From positions 40,176,001 through 40,240,000 of the forward strand of contig OZ336883.1 of the NCBI GenBank assembly GCA_965287045.1: a DNA stretch of 64,000 nucleotides, written 5' to 3'. This document shows positions 13,724-26,830 of this stretch, in pieces (positions within the stretch are counted from its first letter, which is position 1; each line of letters starts with the position of its first letter). The DNA is from Carcharhinus amblyrhynchos (Eukaryota). Made by a program: the position numbers and the translations under genes. Under the pieces are notes generated by a model that was given only the letters and a program-made list of their open reading frames with translations, was not told the origin of the DNA and made no database searches.

Positions 13724-13995
13724 TTCGCTTCTTGGACTTGTGGCTTAGATCAAGTGTAGTATTGATGTGCTGCACTTATTTGAAGTTGTGAGGTTACACT
13801 AATTTGGCTAAGACGCAAATGAGATCAAGCCTTGAAGAAGGTGCAATGGCTGCTCCAATCAGCTTGAATCATGTAGATCAAGCCCAAGACAGGAGGTGAG
13901 AGCCCTGTCTTGTCAGCTTGGATCGGGAATGTCTCACTTACTGAGACTTTGAATTGGGCTTTGATTGAATTGAATTGGATATATAAACAAGACAA
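13724..13995 (+). mobile_element. U2 snRNA-headed chimeric retroposon (SINEU-like) with 9-bp TSD
   Basis: 13724-13762 matches recalled U2 nt 1-39 at 34/39. TSD AACTAGTTT at 13715-13723 and 13996-14004. (TTGAA)-like repeats and an A-rich tail. Confidence 0.75.
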
Positions 13996-14929
13996 AACTA
14001 GTTTCTGTGTTACCATGGTGCCACCTCTCTTCTTACTTCAACTAATCCAATCAACACTTCCTTTAATTTCTTTCTCCCTCATTTATTTGCCTAGTTTCCC
14101 ATTAAATGCATCTATGCTAGAAATCTCAATGACTAATTGTGGTAATGAGTTCCACATTCCTACCAGTCTTTAGGGAAAAAAGTTTCTCCTGAATTTCCTA
14201 TTATTAGTGACTCGCTTATGTTCAGGGCCCCTCATTCAGGTCTCTTCACAAAATGATAAATGTCCATAGCGTCACAATTGACATTATTCTGATAAATCTG
14301 GAAGTAGCTTTTTATCTCTCCCTCCTTCAATAATGGAGTGATATTGGCAGTTTCTCAATTCAAAGGCACAATTCCTGAGACGAGACATATTTGGGAAATT
14401 ATGACTAATGTATGTGCAATTTCCTCATCTATTGCCTTCCATACCCCCAGGATAGAATACTATTGGGTCTTGAAGTTTTGTTGATCTGAAATCCCATTAT
14501 CTCCATTACCATACCACTTACACTCAGTACAGTATATTCTTCCTGCTGACTTATTTTTTAGGTTGCCTTGTCCTTTTCATACATTTTGAAAGTAGATCCA
14601 AAGAAATCATTGAATAAAGCTGATAATTTCTCATTCTTGCTCACATTTGTCTTTAGTGGGCTCAGATTCCCTCTTCCCCACAGCTTTATCTTAAACAAAT
14701 TTATTAAAAAATCTTTTGCCATTAGCTTTGATATTCCTTGTATGCTTTATTCATATTCTATTTTGCACCTTAGTACTTACTTCATATTTCTGTGTTGTTT
14801 TCTATCGTTCTCTGTGCACTGTATTTCTTTTATTCCTTTTCTTACTTCATACTCATTCTTTCAGCTTGATAGTGTCTTGTTCAAATCTGGTTTACATCAT
14901 TTATAGATGCAACGGCGCAGTGGTAATGA

Positions 14930-15150
14930 TGTGGAGATGCCGGCATTGGACTGGGGTAAACACAGTAAGAAGGCTCACAACGCCAGGTTAAAGTCCAACA
15001 GGTTTATTTGGCAGCAATGGCTTTCAGAGTCTCAGGTTACTTTTTCAGGCGAAGTCCTTCTTCACCTGAAGAAGGTGCCTGAGACTAAGAAAGTTGTGCT
15101 GCCAGATAAACCTGTTGGACTTTAACCTGGTGTTGTGAGACTTCTTACTT
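14930..15150. mobile_element. Short Penelope-like (PLE) insertion: inverted pseudo-LTR with degenerate hammerhead core, 13-bp TSD
   Basis: TSD gcagtggtaatga at 14917-14929 and 15151-15163. ~55-bp inverted repeat. ttcac-CTGAAGA...GAAA-gttgtg at ~15061-15098. Confidence 0.75.
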
Positions 15151-17745
15151 GCAGTGGTAATGAATCAGTCATCCAAAATCTCTAACTAATGCTCTGGGGA
15201 AATCTATGGCAGTGGCCAACATCAATATGGTTGACTTCCAAAATGACCTAGCAAGCCACTCAGCTCATTCAAACTACTACAGGAAAGTCAATAAGGAGTG
15301 AAATCGGAAGGACAACCAGCATCAGCCTAGACACCAGGAACAATGGCAAACCCACCCCTGTGGACCCTGCAAATCCCTCCTTACCAGTATCGGGGGGCTT
15401 GTGCCAAAATTGGGAGAGCTGTCTCACAGACTAGCCAAACAATAGCAAGACGTATGCACACTCACAGAATCACACATTACAGACAATGTTCACAACACCA
15501 TCATCCCCACCTGGAGGACAGAACCACCAGAATGGTGTCACAGTGCATAACATTTGGGAGGACATTGCCTTGGAAGCCTTCAGCATTGGGCCTGGACTGC
15601 AAGAAGCCTCATGGAATCAGGTTAAACATGGGCAAGGAAACTTTCTGCTAAATGCTACCTTCCAGTGCCCCCCCCTCCCCCAACAATCCCATCTCACCCC
15701 TGAGCTGATGAATTAGTTCTCCTCTATGTTGAAGCTTGGGAATTAAAAGAAGGACTGAGGGTGGCAAGGATGTTCCTGGGGGAGATGGAGAAATACTTCA
15801 ATGTCCATCACTAAGAGTGACACTGTAGCAACACTATTGACTGAACTGGTCAAGTCCTGAAAGACATGGCTACTCAACAGGATCTGCAGCAGGGGGTGAG
15901 GGAACCAACAAAAGAGAAAAATCAACTTAAATTCAATTCTCACAAATCTATCTGTCGCAGATGCATCTGTCCGTGCCAATATTAGTAGAGTGCTTGTGGA
16001 GGTAACATCCTGTCTTCACATTGGGGATACTGACCATCATGTTGTGTGACACTACAACTGTGCTGAAAAGGATAGATTTCAAACACATCTAGAACTCAGA
16101 CATAGACAACCATGAGGTGCTGTAGACCATCAGCAGCAAAATTGTAAACTCGAGGCTTGGGAGTTTCCCCCTTCTATCATTACCATCAAGTCAGGGGAGA
16201 AACCTGGATCAAAGAAGACTGCAAGAAACCAAGCATACCAAAAAATGAAGTGTTGATCTGGTGAAACCAAAACACAGGACCACTTGCATGACAAACTGAA
16301 TGAACAGCCTGTGATAGACAGAGTTAATCCTGCCCACAGGCAATGGATCAGATCTAAGCTCTGCAGTCCAGCAACAGCCAGCCACGAATGGTACTGGACA
16401 ATTTAACAACTAACTTAAGAACAGGCTCCACAAACATTCCCACCCTCAGTGATGGGGGAGTCCAGCAACATCAGAGCAAAAGGCAAGTCTGAAACATTTG
16501 CAACCATCTTCAACCAGAAGTGCCAAGTAGGTGATCTATTTCAGCCTCCTCCTGAAATCCCCTGCAGTACAGATGTCAGTCTTCAGCCAATTCAATTCAA
16601 TTCACTCCACATGATGTCAAGAAATAGCTATCCACGGGTGACACGGTAACACAGTAGTTACCACTGCTTCCTCACAGCACTAGGGATCAGTGTTTGATTC
16701 ATGGCTTGGGTCATTGTCTATGCGGAGTCTGTTCATTTTCCCCAGGTCTGCGTGGGTTTCCTCCAGGTGCTCTGGTTTCTTCCCACAGTCCGAAAGATAC
16801 GCTGGTTGGGTGCATTGGCTATACTACATTTCTCCTCCGTGTACCCAAACAGGTGCTGGATTGTGGTGACAAGGGGATTTTCATGGTAACTTCATTGCAT
16901 CAATAATGCAAGCCTTCTTGCGATGCTAACAAATAAACTTAAACTTAGATACTGGATGCTCACTGATGATTGACAATGTTCAGCATTATTTGTGACTCCT
17001 CATTTATTGAAGCAGTTTTTGATATGCAGCAAGATCTAGATAACGTTCATCATTGGGTTGATAAGTAACATTCACACGACACAAGTACCAAGCAATGACC
17101 ATCTCCAACAAATGGGAATCAAACTATCTCCCTTTGACATTCAGTGACATTAAATCATTAAATCCCCCACTATCAACATCCTGGGGGTGCCATTGAGCAG
17201 AAATTGGACCATCAATATAAATATTGCAGATACAAGCAGGGCACAGGTTGGGAATTCTAAAGCAAATAATTTGCCTCCCCAAGGCCTGTCCACTTGCCTG
17301 GACAAGTGCTTCTCCGACAACACTCAAGAAGCATGTCACCCAGGAGAAAGCAGATTGGCACCCCATCTACCTTCTTAAACATTTGTTCCTTCCACCACTA
17401 ATGAATAGTGGAAGTGGTATGTACCATCTACATGGTGTACTGCAGTAAATCAACAAGACGCCCTCAACAGCAAACCCTCAGTGTCTCCCACATAGACAGA
17501 AAAGAGTAGTAGATACCTGTGCACGTCACAACCTGTAAGTTCCCCAAAGCCACTCACTATCCTGACTTGAAACTATATTGCTACTCCTTCACTGTTGCTG
17601 GGTCAAAATCCTGGAACTCCTTTCCAAACAGCACTGTGGGTGCACCTCCACCACATGGTCAGCAGTGGTTCAAGAAGGGCAATAAGAGGTGGACAATAAA
17701 TGTTGGCCATTAGTAGCCAGTGATGCTCACATTTCATGAAAAAAT
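15151..17745 (+). mobile_element. Degraded L2/CR1-clade LINE (same family as 51433-53780 and 55160-56550), with a nested V-SINE at 16635-16945
   Basis: Shared diagnostic segments (gatctaagctctgcagtc, cagatgtcagtcttcagccaattc, ctgatgattg.acaatgttcag, tcctggaactcc) and an A-rich end. Confidence 0.75.
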
Positions 17746-17844
17746 GGCATCCAAATACTTTCCCAATCGAAAAGTCTGAGTAACCCCAGAGCTACTGCTA
17801 GTTTCAGCTGGCAGATTATTTATCTTCAACTGTGAAAGGTGTAT

Positions 17845-17846
<2 letters not shown>

Positions 17847-17897
<51 letters not shown>
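17847..17897. repeat. (CA)n microsatellite, ~25 units
   Basis: Direct reading. Confidence 0.98.
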
Positions 17898-17899
<2 letters not shown>

Positions 17900-18509
17900 T
17901 TAACAGCAGGGAATGGGAGGAAAATGCATCATTTTTCATAAAAACCTCTTGCAATAACACAACAAGGAGGAAAATTATATAAACTCCTTTATCTAAATTT
18001 GTGTGTGTGCAGAAAATGAAAAGGGTTTTCTCAATTAATTTCTGATCATCAGGGGAAACATACAAGAAGCATAAAACTAAAATAACTTAAAATATTTCTG
18101 TGTATTGCCAAAGGATTTCAGGTGTGTTGGAAGCAGCTTGCATTTATTTTTCTGTCACCGTGTTTTCTTTAATCAGTAATTGCTTCATTATAATGTTTTC
18201 ATGTTTATCACTCAAGGAAACGAAACATTGACAAAAACAGAGTTGGCAATGTAGATGTAACTTGAGGTGTTGATGTAATAATGCAGCATAAAACCTCACC
18301 CTGGGAGTACACTCATACTTGGAAGCGAGTATATCCCTTTTTTTATCCACTTAAAACAGTGCTTTCAATGTGTTGTTGAAGCTCTCTGTACTTGCTATTG
18401 TTTCAGGCGGGGCTAACATTTTCTTAGTATTTATAAGCTTGGCTGCCTCCTTATTTTATTTCTTTTGGTGGAGCAACATGACGGCGCCAGGGTTCAACAA
18501 AAAGACATC

Positions 18510-19452
18510 AGGTAAAATTTTCCCAAAAAACTAACGCTGATGTGGAGTGATCCACAGACGTCTCTCAGCTACTCTGCACCGCAATTGTCCCACGCTCAGC
18601 CACTTGTTTGGAGAGCCGTGAGTTGCGTGCCAGTCTTGGAATGGGGGAACCCAAACATCCTGGTGAGATGGCTGCAGAAAGCTTGGGTGCTGTTTCGCAA
18701 GGATGTCCCGTTTCACACTGCACTGGGAGACCCCCTTCTTCCCCCACCGTCAGACATCAGGACCCTCACCCTCATCAGTGGCATATTTTACCCCCTCTGA
18801 CACAGACCACCTGCATCGGGGCATCAGAGTCCTCCCAATTAGTGCCCCTGCCAGACCCCCAACACTACCCCATTAGACCCCCTCCATAATCCACAGCTGC
18901 ACGATCCCCTCACATAGTCCCCTGTCATGGCTTCCACCAGGCCCCACCTTCCTGTCACTGCTCCTGGCATACTGGCAGTGCCCAACCAGCACTGCCAAGG
19001 TGCATGGTGGCTACTGCTATGGTATTTAGTGGGCACCGCAGGGTGTCCGGTGGGCACTCTTGGCTGTGCCTCAACAACTCAGGGGCTTCTATGGTCTCCA
19101 AGCTCCCCACCCCTGCTCCCCCGCACCCCACCCCACCCCACCCCACGCCGGTGTTACCAGCACACCAAGTCTGTACTTGTGGAGACCTGTACCGATTCAT
19201 TCCCAAAGCACCATGACCAAAGGCCTGACGGTTCCATGCACTGGGATTTGAATGAGCTATGCATATTTAAACACCACTCTAAATATGCTAATCAGCTTTG
19301 CACCCTTTCTGAAAGCTCACGCCATTAGAAAGGTACCAGGAAGATCGCAAACCATTTCATGCCAGTGACAGATTGGATCTTTAGCTCTGCACGCTATTTC
19401 CCCACCTCACTGCACTGAGCCCCAGGCGTGGTGAGGTGTTAAAATTGTGCCA
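18510..19452. mobile_element. GC-rich non-autonomous DNA-transposon-like element
   Basis: ggtaaaattttccc ... aaaattgtgcc ends; GC-rich interior with atgcatatttaaa core. Confidence 0.45.
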
Positions 19453-19739
19453 ATCATCTTTCTCTGTTAAAACAGCTACAATCAAGCAGTTTATCACCTT
19501 TCAACCATTTTTATTAGAGCTGCATTGACTCAGTGATTGTGGGTTGAAGGTCTGGCCCACACTCAGTGCTATGGTAACGCTGCTTTGGTAATGGTTTATG
19601 CTGCAGTTTGAACCAAAGCTTCTAGCACTGTTCTAAGAAAAGCAGGTCTCTCCTTTTGTTGTCATTTCTCCCTCAGCCACCCTCCCATAATAATTACAAT
19701 CTACCTGAAAGTGGCTTAACTACCCTGTGGTGTAAGCAT

Positions 19740-20870
19740 TGCCACCTAAATGGAAAATTCTTTAACCTCAGTCACCTCCATGCCAAAACTAAACTGCTCA
19801 TCACAGCTACATGTACAGTTTACAGGTGACTGCTGTGTCATTGCCATCTATGCACCAGATTTGCAAGTCATTCTCAATCCTGTAAATTCTGCCTATAAAA
19901 CATTCAGCGTGTCTTTGAATGTATAGAATACTTACAGTGCAGAAGGAGACCCATCGAGTCTGCACCGACCCCACTCAGGCCCTATTCCTGTAACCCCACA
20001 TACTTATCCTGCAAATCCTCAGACACCAGGTTCAATTTCGCATGGCCAGTCAATCTAACCCGCACTTCTTTGGACTGGAGGAGGAAACCGGAGCATCCAG
20101 AGGAAACGCACGCAGACACGGGGAGAATGTGCAAACTCAACACAGACAGTCACCTGACCCAGAATTGATCCCAGGTCCCTGGCACTGTGAGGCAGCAGTG
20201 CTGACCACTGTGCTGCCAAATGTAGCTGAAACAAAACTTATCAATCCACATCACAGCTAAATATTCCAGCTCCTATGTAGATTGAAGAAGACACTATAAA
20301 AAGCCTTGGGAGCCACCTCTCTCAAATGGCTACCATTGACGATGAGATCCAAGACCAGATCAGATGCACAAGCTCAGCTTTCTACAAATCACAGCAGAGA
20401 ATTTTTGATAACAAAGACCTCTGCAAGTCAACAAAAGTCCTAATTCACAGAGCAGTTGCTGTCATCATTCTCCTGTTATATGGTGATATCCTGTGCATCA
20501 GTGACACACAACAATCAGGAGAAATTCCACCAGTAAGACCTCTGCCACATCCAGCAGAGTCAATGGGAGAATCATCAAACAATTGCTAATGACCTTCTCG
20601 AAGCCAAATCCACAAATATTCAGGCAAAACTCCAGTGAAATCAACTTCCACGAACTGTACGCCCTTTCTTCATGGCTGAATATCTTCTTCACCACCAAGT
20701 CCTTGAATAGTCTTGAAGGATAGACTATTGAATAGTCAAAAATCCTGGGGAGGACAAAGAAAATGCCTTGAGAACACGAAGCGCAGCAGCAGTGGCATTA
20801 ATGGCCAGGAGGATTTTGCTACCAATTGTTGAGAATAATGACAACTTATCCATCAAACTGCGCCATGTTA
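19740..20870 (+). mobile_element. Degraded RTE-clade LINE with nested V-SINE (19923-20217, minus)
   Basis: LGSHLS..ATIDDEIQDQIRCTSSAFYK..RIFDNKDL..TKVLIHRAV is typical of the RTE RT C-terminal region. Confidence 0.7.
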
Positions 20871-20896
20871 AATTATAACATCATAATGATGAGATG

Positions 20897-21066
20897 GAGT
20901 CCAAAGATGTGCAGGTTAGATTGACTGGCTATGCTAAATTGCCCCTTGTTGGGGGAACTAGTAGGATAAATACATGGGGTTTTGGGGAAAGGGCCTGGGT
21001 GGCATTGTTATTGATGTAGTCTCGATGGGCTGAATGGCCTCCTTCTGCACTTTAGGGATTCTATGA
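20897..21066 (+). mobile_element. V-SINE 3' part
   Basis: gtccaaagatgtgcaggttag...ggcctccttctgcactttagggattctatga. Confidence 0.8.
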
Positions 21067-21499
21067 GAGTGAATGAGAGAAGGAAGGAAAATTAAGCAAA
21101 CCCTGCATTTCAGATCCCATCACCTTATGAGATGTCCTGCTTCGTGTCCAAAGATCTGCAGGTTGAGAATCAGCCAGTTCAGTCACAAAGGGCCCATGGC
21201 ACAAACGTACAATGCTGAGCAGATATCATCTGAATTGGAGGGAATGGATGACAACAGTGTAGGAACACTTGCAGTGCTTTTAAGGACAGAATTCCAGGAT
21301 TTTGACCCAATGCCAGCAAAGAAACAGTAATATACTCACAATGTCTACCCCATCCCCAAATAGGCACACAAGAAATAGGGAGCAGGGTGCACGGTGAGGT
21401 TTGATAACATGAGCCCCACATGAACAGATGCACACAGCCCATTCTCTACATCCTGCACCACTCTTTTCAGGTCACAGGACAGGCTCAACTTGAGCACTT

Positions 21500-21546
21500 A
21501 GAGAGAGAGAGAGAGAGAGAGAGAGGGGGAGAGAGAGAGAGAGAGA
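21500..21546. repeat. (GA)n microsatellite
   Basis: Direct reading. Confidence 0.95.
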
Positions 21547-23019
21547 CAGCGTTACTGTTTCAATCCGACACCCACAAAGGTACAATCCCAAAGACAGTGA
21601 TCAGAAGTGGGAACAGGAAATTTTACTCTTAGAAATAGGAGTACCCCACTTTACTTACACTGCCATTCAGTGAGAGCTGTGATCTAGATCCTGTGTCCCA
21701 GATCCCACAGAATTTTAAACGAGATTGCTAGATTTAACAAATAATCTAGCATTAATTGTTTGCGAAAAAGAGTTCCAAAATCCTACCTCCTTTTACATGT
21801 AGAAATGACTATTGTCTTCACTTCTAAAAGATTTGGCTCAATGTTTAAATTACATCTCTGTCTTAGACTCCCTAACCAGCAGTTTCTCCACATCTAGCCT
21901 ATCATTTCCTCTTGCTACCTTGATCAAATCACCCTCAGCCTTCTAAATTCTGGGGAATGTACCCTAAGGCCAAGGATACTGGAGCCAATTGTACCAACAT
22001 CATTGCTGCACATTTGAAATTAATTATTTGAACCAAGGAGCCATCAAAAATGTATCACAGAGAAGAAAGGTAAAGGTATTGGAACCAGAAAGAGAAAGCA
22101 AGATTAGGCTATTGAGTTGGACGATTAGCCATGAACGTGATGAATGGCGGAGCAGGCTAGATGGGCCAAATGGACTCCTCCTGCTCCTATCTTGTATGTT
22201 TCTACGGGCCAGTAGGTATCTTGAAGGATATACTGGTTTAGAAAACTATAACAATTACCACATAAAAAAACCTCTTAATGCTGCTATTTCTTAAAAATAA
22301 GCATTTCAGGTCTGGTATTGGAAAGTGAAACATGCCGAACCTCAGTGCAATTGTGAGATTATAACAAGTGAAAATATAACAACTAACATAAATTCAGCAG
22401 TAATCCATGTGGAGAATTTACCATATACATCCTGCAGGAATGCATTCTGGCAGCTTAAAGACATTCACCGTGTAATGAAACTGATTGGCTTCTGGAGTTA
22501 TGTAAACAATCATTAAAACTGTATTTTCAGCAAACCTTCTGATTAGGCTATAAAGCCCATTATTATCAGCTAATATTTGATGCAGTGCAATTCAAGCTGT
22601 TATGATAATGCAGATCGAGTCTGTAACCTTATGAAAATCAATATTGGTGTTTACACTTTTCACACTGAATCCAGGATGGTGTCAATTATAGCACTGGTAA
22701 AATGCAGATTTGAATTTTTTTAATTAATCATTCTAATTTTTTTGTGTAGAAGCCTTCAATCATGAAGCTAAATATTTTCTATTTTGTTCCCCATTTGGGA
22801 ACAACAAAGTTAGAAAAATCTAAAATATTTAATGCTTAAATAGGTTATGGGAAACTTTTGGGGGATCAGTGTAACTAGATCCTATGTTGGATATGACCAA
22901 TAAATTCATCTTTAATCTTTTTTGTTGATTTTTTGCTAAAATATGTTTGTGCCCATGTAGGTAAGAAATTTCAAGACAATAAAAGTATTTTTCAAAATTT
23001 GCTATCTGCATTATTGCCA

Positions 23020-24003
23020 ATAAGAACATAAGAAATAGGAGCAGGAGTAGGCCATCTAGCCCTTCGAGCCTGCCCCGCCATTCAATAAGATCATGGCTGA
23101 TCTGAAGTGGATCAGTTCCACTTTCCCGCTTTCTCCCCATAACCCTTAATTCCCTTGTCTATCAGAAACCTATTTACCCGTGACTTAAATATATTCAGCG
23201 AGATAGCCTCCACCACTTGAATGGGCAGAGAATTCCAGAGACTCACCACCCTTTGAGTGGAGAAGTTCCTCCTCAACTCCAATCTAAACTGACCCCCCAC
23301 ACCGCACCCCGCCCCCCCTTATTTTGAGGCTGCGCCCTCTAGTTCTGCTATTTTTTCTAAGCAGGAAGAATCTCTCTACCTCTACCCTATCTAGCCCCTT
23401 CATTATCTTATATGTCTCTACAAGATCCCCCCTCAGCCTTCTAAACTCCAACGAGTACAGACCCAGTCTATTCAATCTCTCCTCATAGGCTAGCCCCCTT
23501 ATCTCCGGTATCAGCCTAGTGAACCTTCTGTGCACTCCCTCCAAGGCCAATATATCCTTCTGCAAGTGCGGCGACCAAAACTGCACACAGTACACCAGCT
23601 GCGGCCTCACCAGTACCCTGTACAGTTGCAGCAAGACTTCCCTGCTTTTATATTCTATCCCCCTCGCTATAAAGGCCAGCATTCCATTCGCCTTCTTGAT
23701 CACCTGCTGCACCTGCAGACTGGGTTTTTGCGATTCGTGCACAAGGACCCCCAGGTCCCTCCGCACTGTAGCATGCTGCAGCTTTTCGCCCTTTAAATAG
23801 TAATCCCTCCTACTATTATTTCTACCAAAGTGGATAACCTCACACTTGCTAACATTATACTCCATCTGCCAGATCCTCGCCCACTCACAGCCTATCCAGA
23901 TCTCTCTGCAGACTTTCCACGCAATTTGCTTTTCCACTTATCTTCGTGTCATCAGCAAATTTTGTTACCGTACACTCAGCCCCTTCCTCCAGATCGTCAA
24001 ATA
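23020..24003 (-). mobile_element. Young 5'-truncated CR1 (RT C-terminus + 3'UTR, (ttcttatg)n tail)
   Basis: ORFs 23284..23937 and 23112..23300 (RDLGVLVHES..RPQL.YCVQFWSP); frameshifted. Confidence 0.95.
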
Positions 24004-24739
24004 GCAATAATCAAATAGAAACCCAAGACTCCTTCTGCTCTACCTCAATATTTCTGAACTCATTTCAGAAGATGCCCTTCTCGTATCAAGGACTCAGGAC
24101 CTTTTATCCCATTACCATTGCTAAATTTGAATTTGGGTCCTAAAGGTAAAAGGATATTGATTCATTAGGCCTCCCAACTCTCCTTAAAGTAATATTCAGT
24201 GAGGTTTGCTTGCTGACACACCATGACCTTTCCAATTGAATCATCAATGGCTTTCACTTTATGGTCAACAGCAAACATTACATATACTACAGCCCACAGA
24301 CTCGAGATTTTGCTCAACAATTTATGGCATCTTGAGATGCACAGCAACGCGGCATCTTCTACAGAGGATACGGAATGTATGATGGGGCAAACAAAAGCAG
24401 GGGCACGCAGGGCTGAATCTTAAGTACCAAACATGAATAGGTTATGGTTAGATCAGGTATTAAAATGTTGAAACTAGACTCCAGCCCACTCATTTGAGTT
24501 GAACAGCGGTGGAACAAGGGATTGGCAATTCAAATATTTTAATGGATTCAAAGAACTTTGTAGGTTTTAGTGATTGGTTGGGTTCCCCAATGTTAAAGTG
24601 GTTGTATGATTGCTTTAAGAGCAGGTCACATGACATGATCATGAGGTCACTGGGGAACAGAGAACATCTCTTTCAACAAACATGTTGGGTTTACTTTGAG
24701 TCTACGTGTGCACACTGCATCTTTTTGTTTAAAACCCAT

Positions 24740-26345
24740 AACCCTCAACATAGTTAGGGTATTACATCCAGGCCTCAGAAAACCTAGCCGCTGAATGGTT
24801 CACTACATCCACATGTATGGGCTGCTCAAAACTTTACACCTCATCTTACCACTGACTGGTTCAGCACAACATGAATTGGCCAAATGGTTGAATGAATTGC
24901 AACCAATTCTGATCAAGTCTTCTTACAAATGGTGAAGTATTCCTTCACAAAGGCTACACAAGGCCTACATTTCAATATTGTGTCCTTTCAACACTGCTAG
25001 CCTATTGACTGTGCGCCTCAGGAAAGCCATAGACACGTGCACTGTATCACTTACCTTGGCAATGCCGCTGACATTATCTGAATCATTGTATTCATTGAAC
25101 TTATGAACTTATAAACTTGTTCAGCTGACTTCAACTTTAATGATAGTATATATGCACAGATTGCCACATAGATGATATGTTTGCTATATTTGAATCTGCA
25201 TATAAGAATTTCACTACACACTTTAATGGATTCCTTCTTTCTCTCAAATTCACCGTTGAAAGGGTGACATCTAACAAGTTTCCTTTCCTCAATGTGCTAG
25301 TTGAGAAATCCACTAATTGATTCTCTATTACCACAAGCCTACCTTCATTGTTCATAATGCATATTGGGATTCCTACATCTCCATACACAAAGATTGGCCT
25401 TGCTGGCAACTTTACAAATAGGGCTCAAGCCATTTTCTCACCAAGGAAGCTTGATGTCAAAATAGGGCATAGAGCAATCCGGCAGGATACTAGCTACCCT
25501 GATCAAATCATGGTTCACTTTATGTTGTACAACTCATGAATGGGCCTAAGCCCACAACTTTCATCCTGGAAAGTGCCCAGTCTGCATTAAATGGGTAAAG
25601 TGTCTAGAAGATTTGAGCTACAGGTGAAGCTAGTTGTATTGTGCTGCTACTGTGCAGTAGCATCACAAAGGGCATTCTCCATCAACAGGATGCCAGAAAG
25701 ATCTTCTGTCTCCCACACAAATGAGCAATGTGGTATATGAATTTCAGCAAGAGTATAATGCCAGATGTGTGGGCCATACGTTACAACAATTGGTGGATCA
25801 TAGCAATCAGCATGTCCCTTTATCTGTTCGCAACAGACAGTGCTGAGCAGCCTGTGCTTGCAACACTCAGAATATAATATCCAACATTAGATGTGATTTT
25901 ATGATTAGACATCACTTACTGAACAAATCCAAGTGTGCTAAGAATTGCACTATCAATTTAAGGTGATCAATCAGGCTTGCTAAAAACTATATATATCCAT
26001 ACACAGGGCTCTGCCCTTGCAAGTGGAAAGACCATTTCCAGGCACTGCAGCTTTTCCAATTAAACAAATGCTTGGGGACAACTGTTTCCTGGAGCATTCC
26101 CCTCCACAACAGTGACGAGAGTTAACAATTAAAGCCTAAGGGCTAACTGTTCTCTGGTGCATCCTCTCCATGGCAACAACTCAGTCCACTTACCAACCAA
26201 TCAATACCCTTTTTCTTGTGTAGTATAATTTGGTGTTCCCTTTGAAATTTGGTATTCTTGCAGCTGTCCTAATGAATGCAAGATGGAAATCTTCAACAGC
26301 ATCTCTCTTTTTTCCATTATACAAGTTCTGTACTGCCAAGTGACA
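24740..26345 (+). mobile_element. Degraded Penelope-like element (RT + GIY-YIG endonuclease + pLTR)
   Basis: Remnant motifs PHMYGL-K, GSAQHELAKWL, SNVVYEFQ..VGHT; degenerate hammerhead-like tcctaatgaatgcaagatggaaatcttc near 26268-26295. Confidence 0.7.
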
Positions 26346-26347
26346 AT

Positions 26348-26830
26348 TTAATTGTCCAAATTTCTCATCCTTTGTGACTTGGTAACAATTTTCTCGAAGA
26401 AAACAAACTTCAACTCCTTCCTCGCTGAATTTAAGCGGAATATATTCCTTGCCCAGTCAAAACCAGAAGTTAAATCTGACCCATCATTAAATCTACCTGC
26501 TACTCCCTGTTCACAAACTTGAAGCCTTTCCCTATTCAGAATGTCGTAATTCAAGGCTTTCCCTTTTTTTAAACCTCTGAAATTTAAGATTGCATTTCCC
26601 TTTCTCTCGCTTTGTCCTCTCACGTTTTCTTCATTCCTTTCTTTTATTTTCAAGTTCCTTCATTTGTAACCAAATCTGAGCCAACTCGATTTTAATTTTA
26701 TCAATGTTACATTTTTCTTCCAAGTTTCAAGTGCTGAGCCAATACTTCAACTATTTCTGACTTCTTCATGTCTACTTTTAAATGTTTCTATATTTTCTGC
26801 TGCCATTTTTAAATAAACCTTTATTGACCA
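26348..26830 (-). mobile_element. Gypsy-type LTR retrotransposon gag remnant; 27035-28860 may be its LTR, interrupted by a CR1
   Basis: Frameshifted KKSEIVEVLAQHLKL..IELAQIWLQMKELE..FDWARNIFRL..FFEKI resembles the N-terminus of fish Gypsy gag. Confidence 0.5.

Noticed and set aside
13724-13762. Functional U2 snRNA gene
   Set aside because: Only nt 1-39 of ~190 are present; no Sm site or 3' stem-loops.
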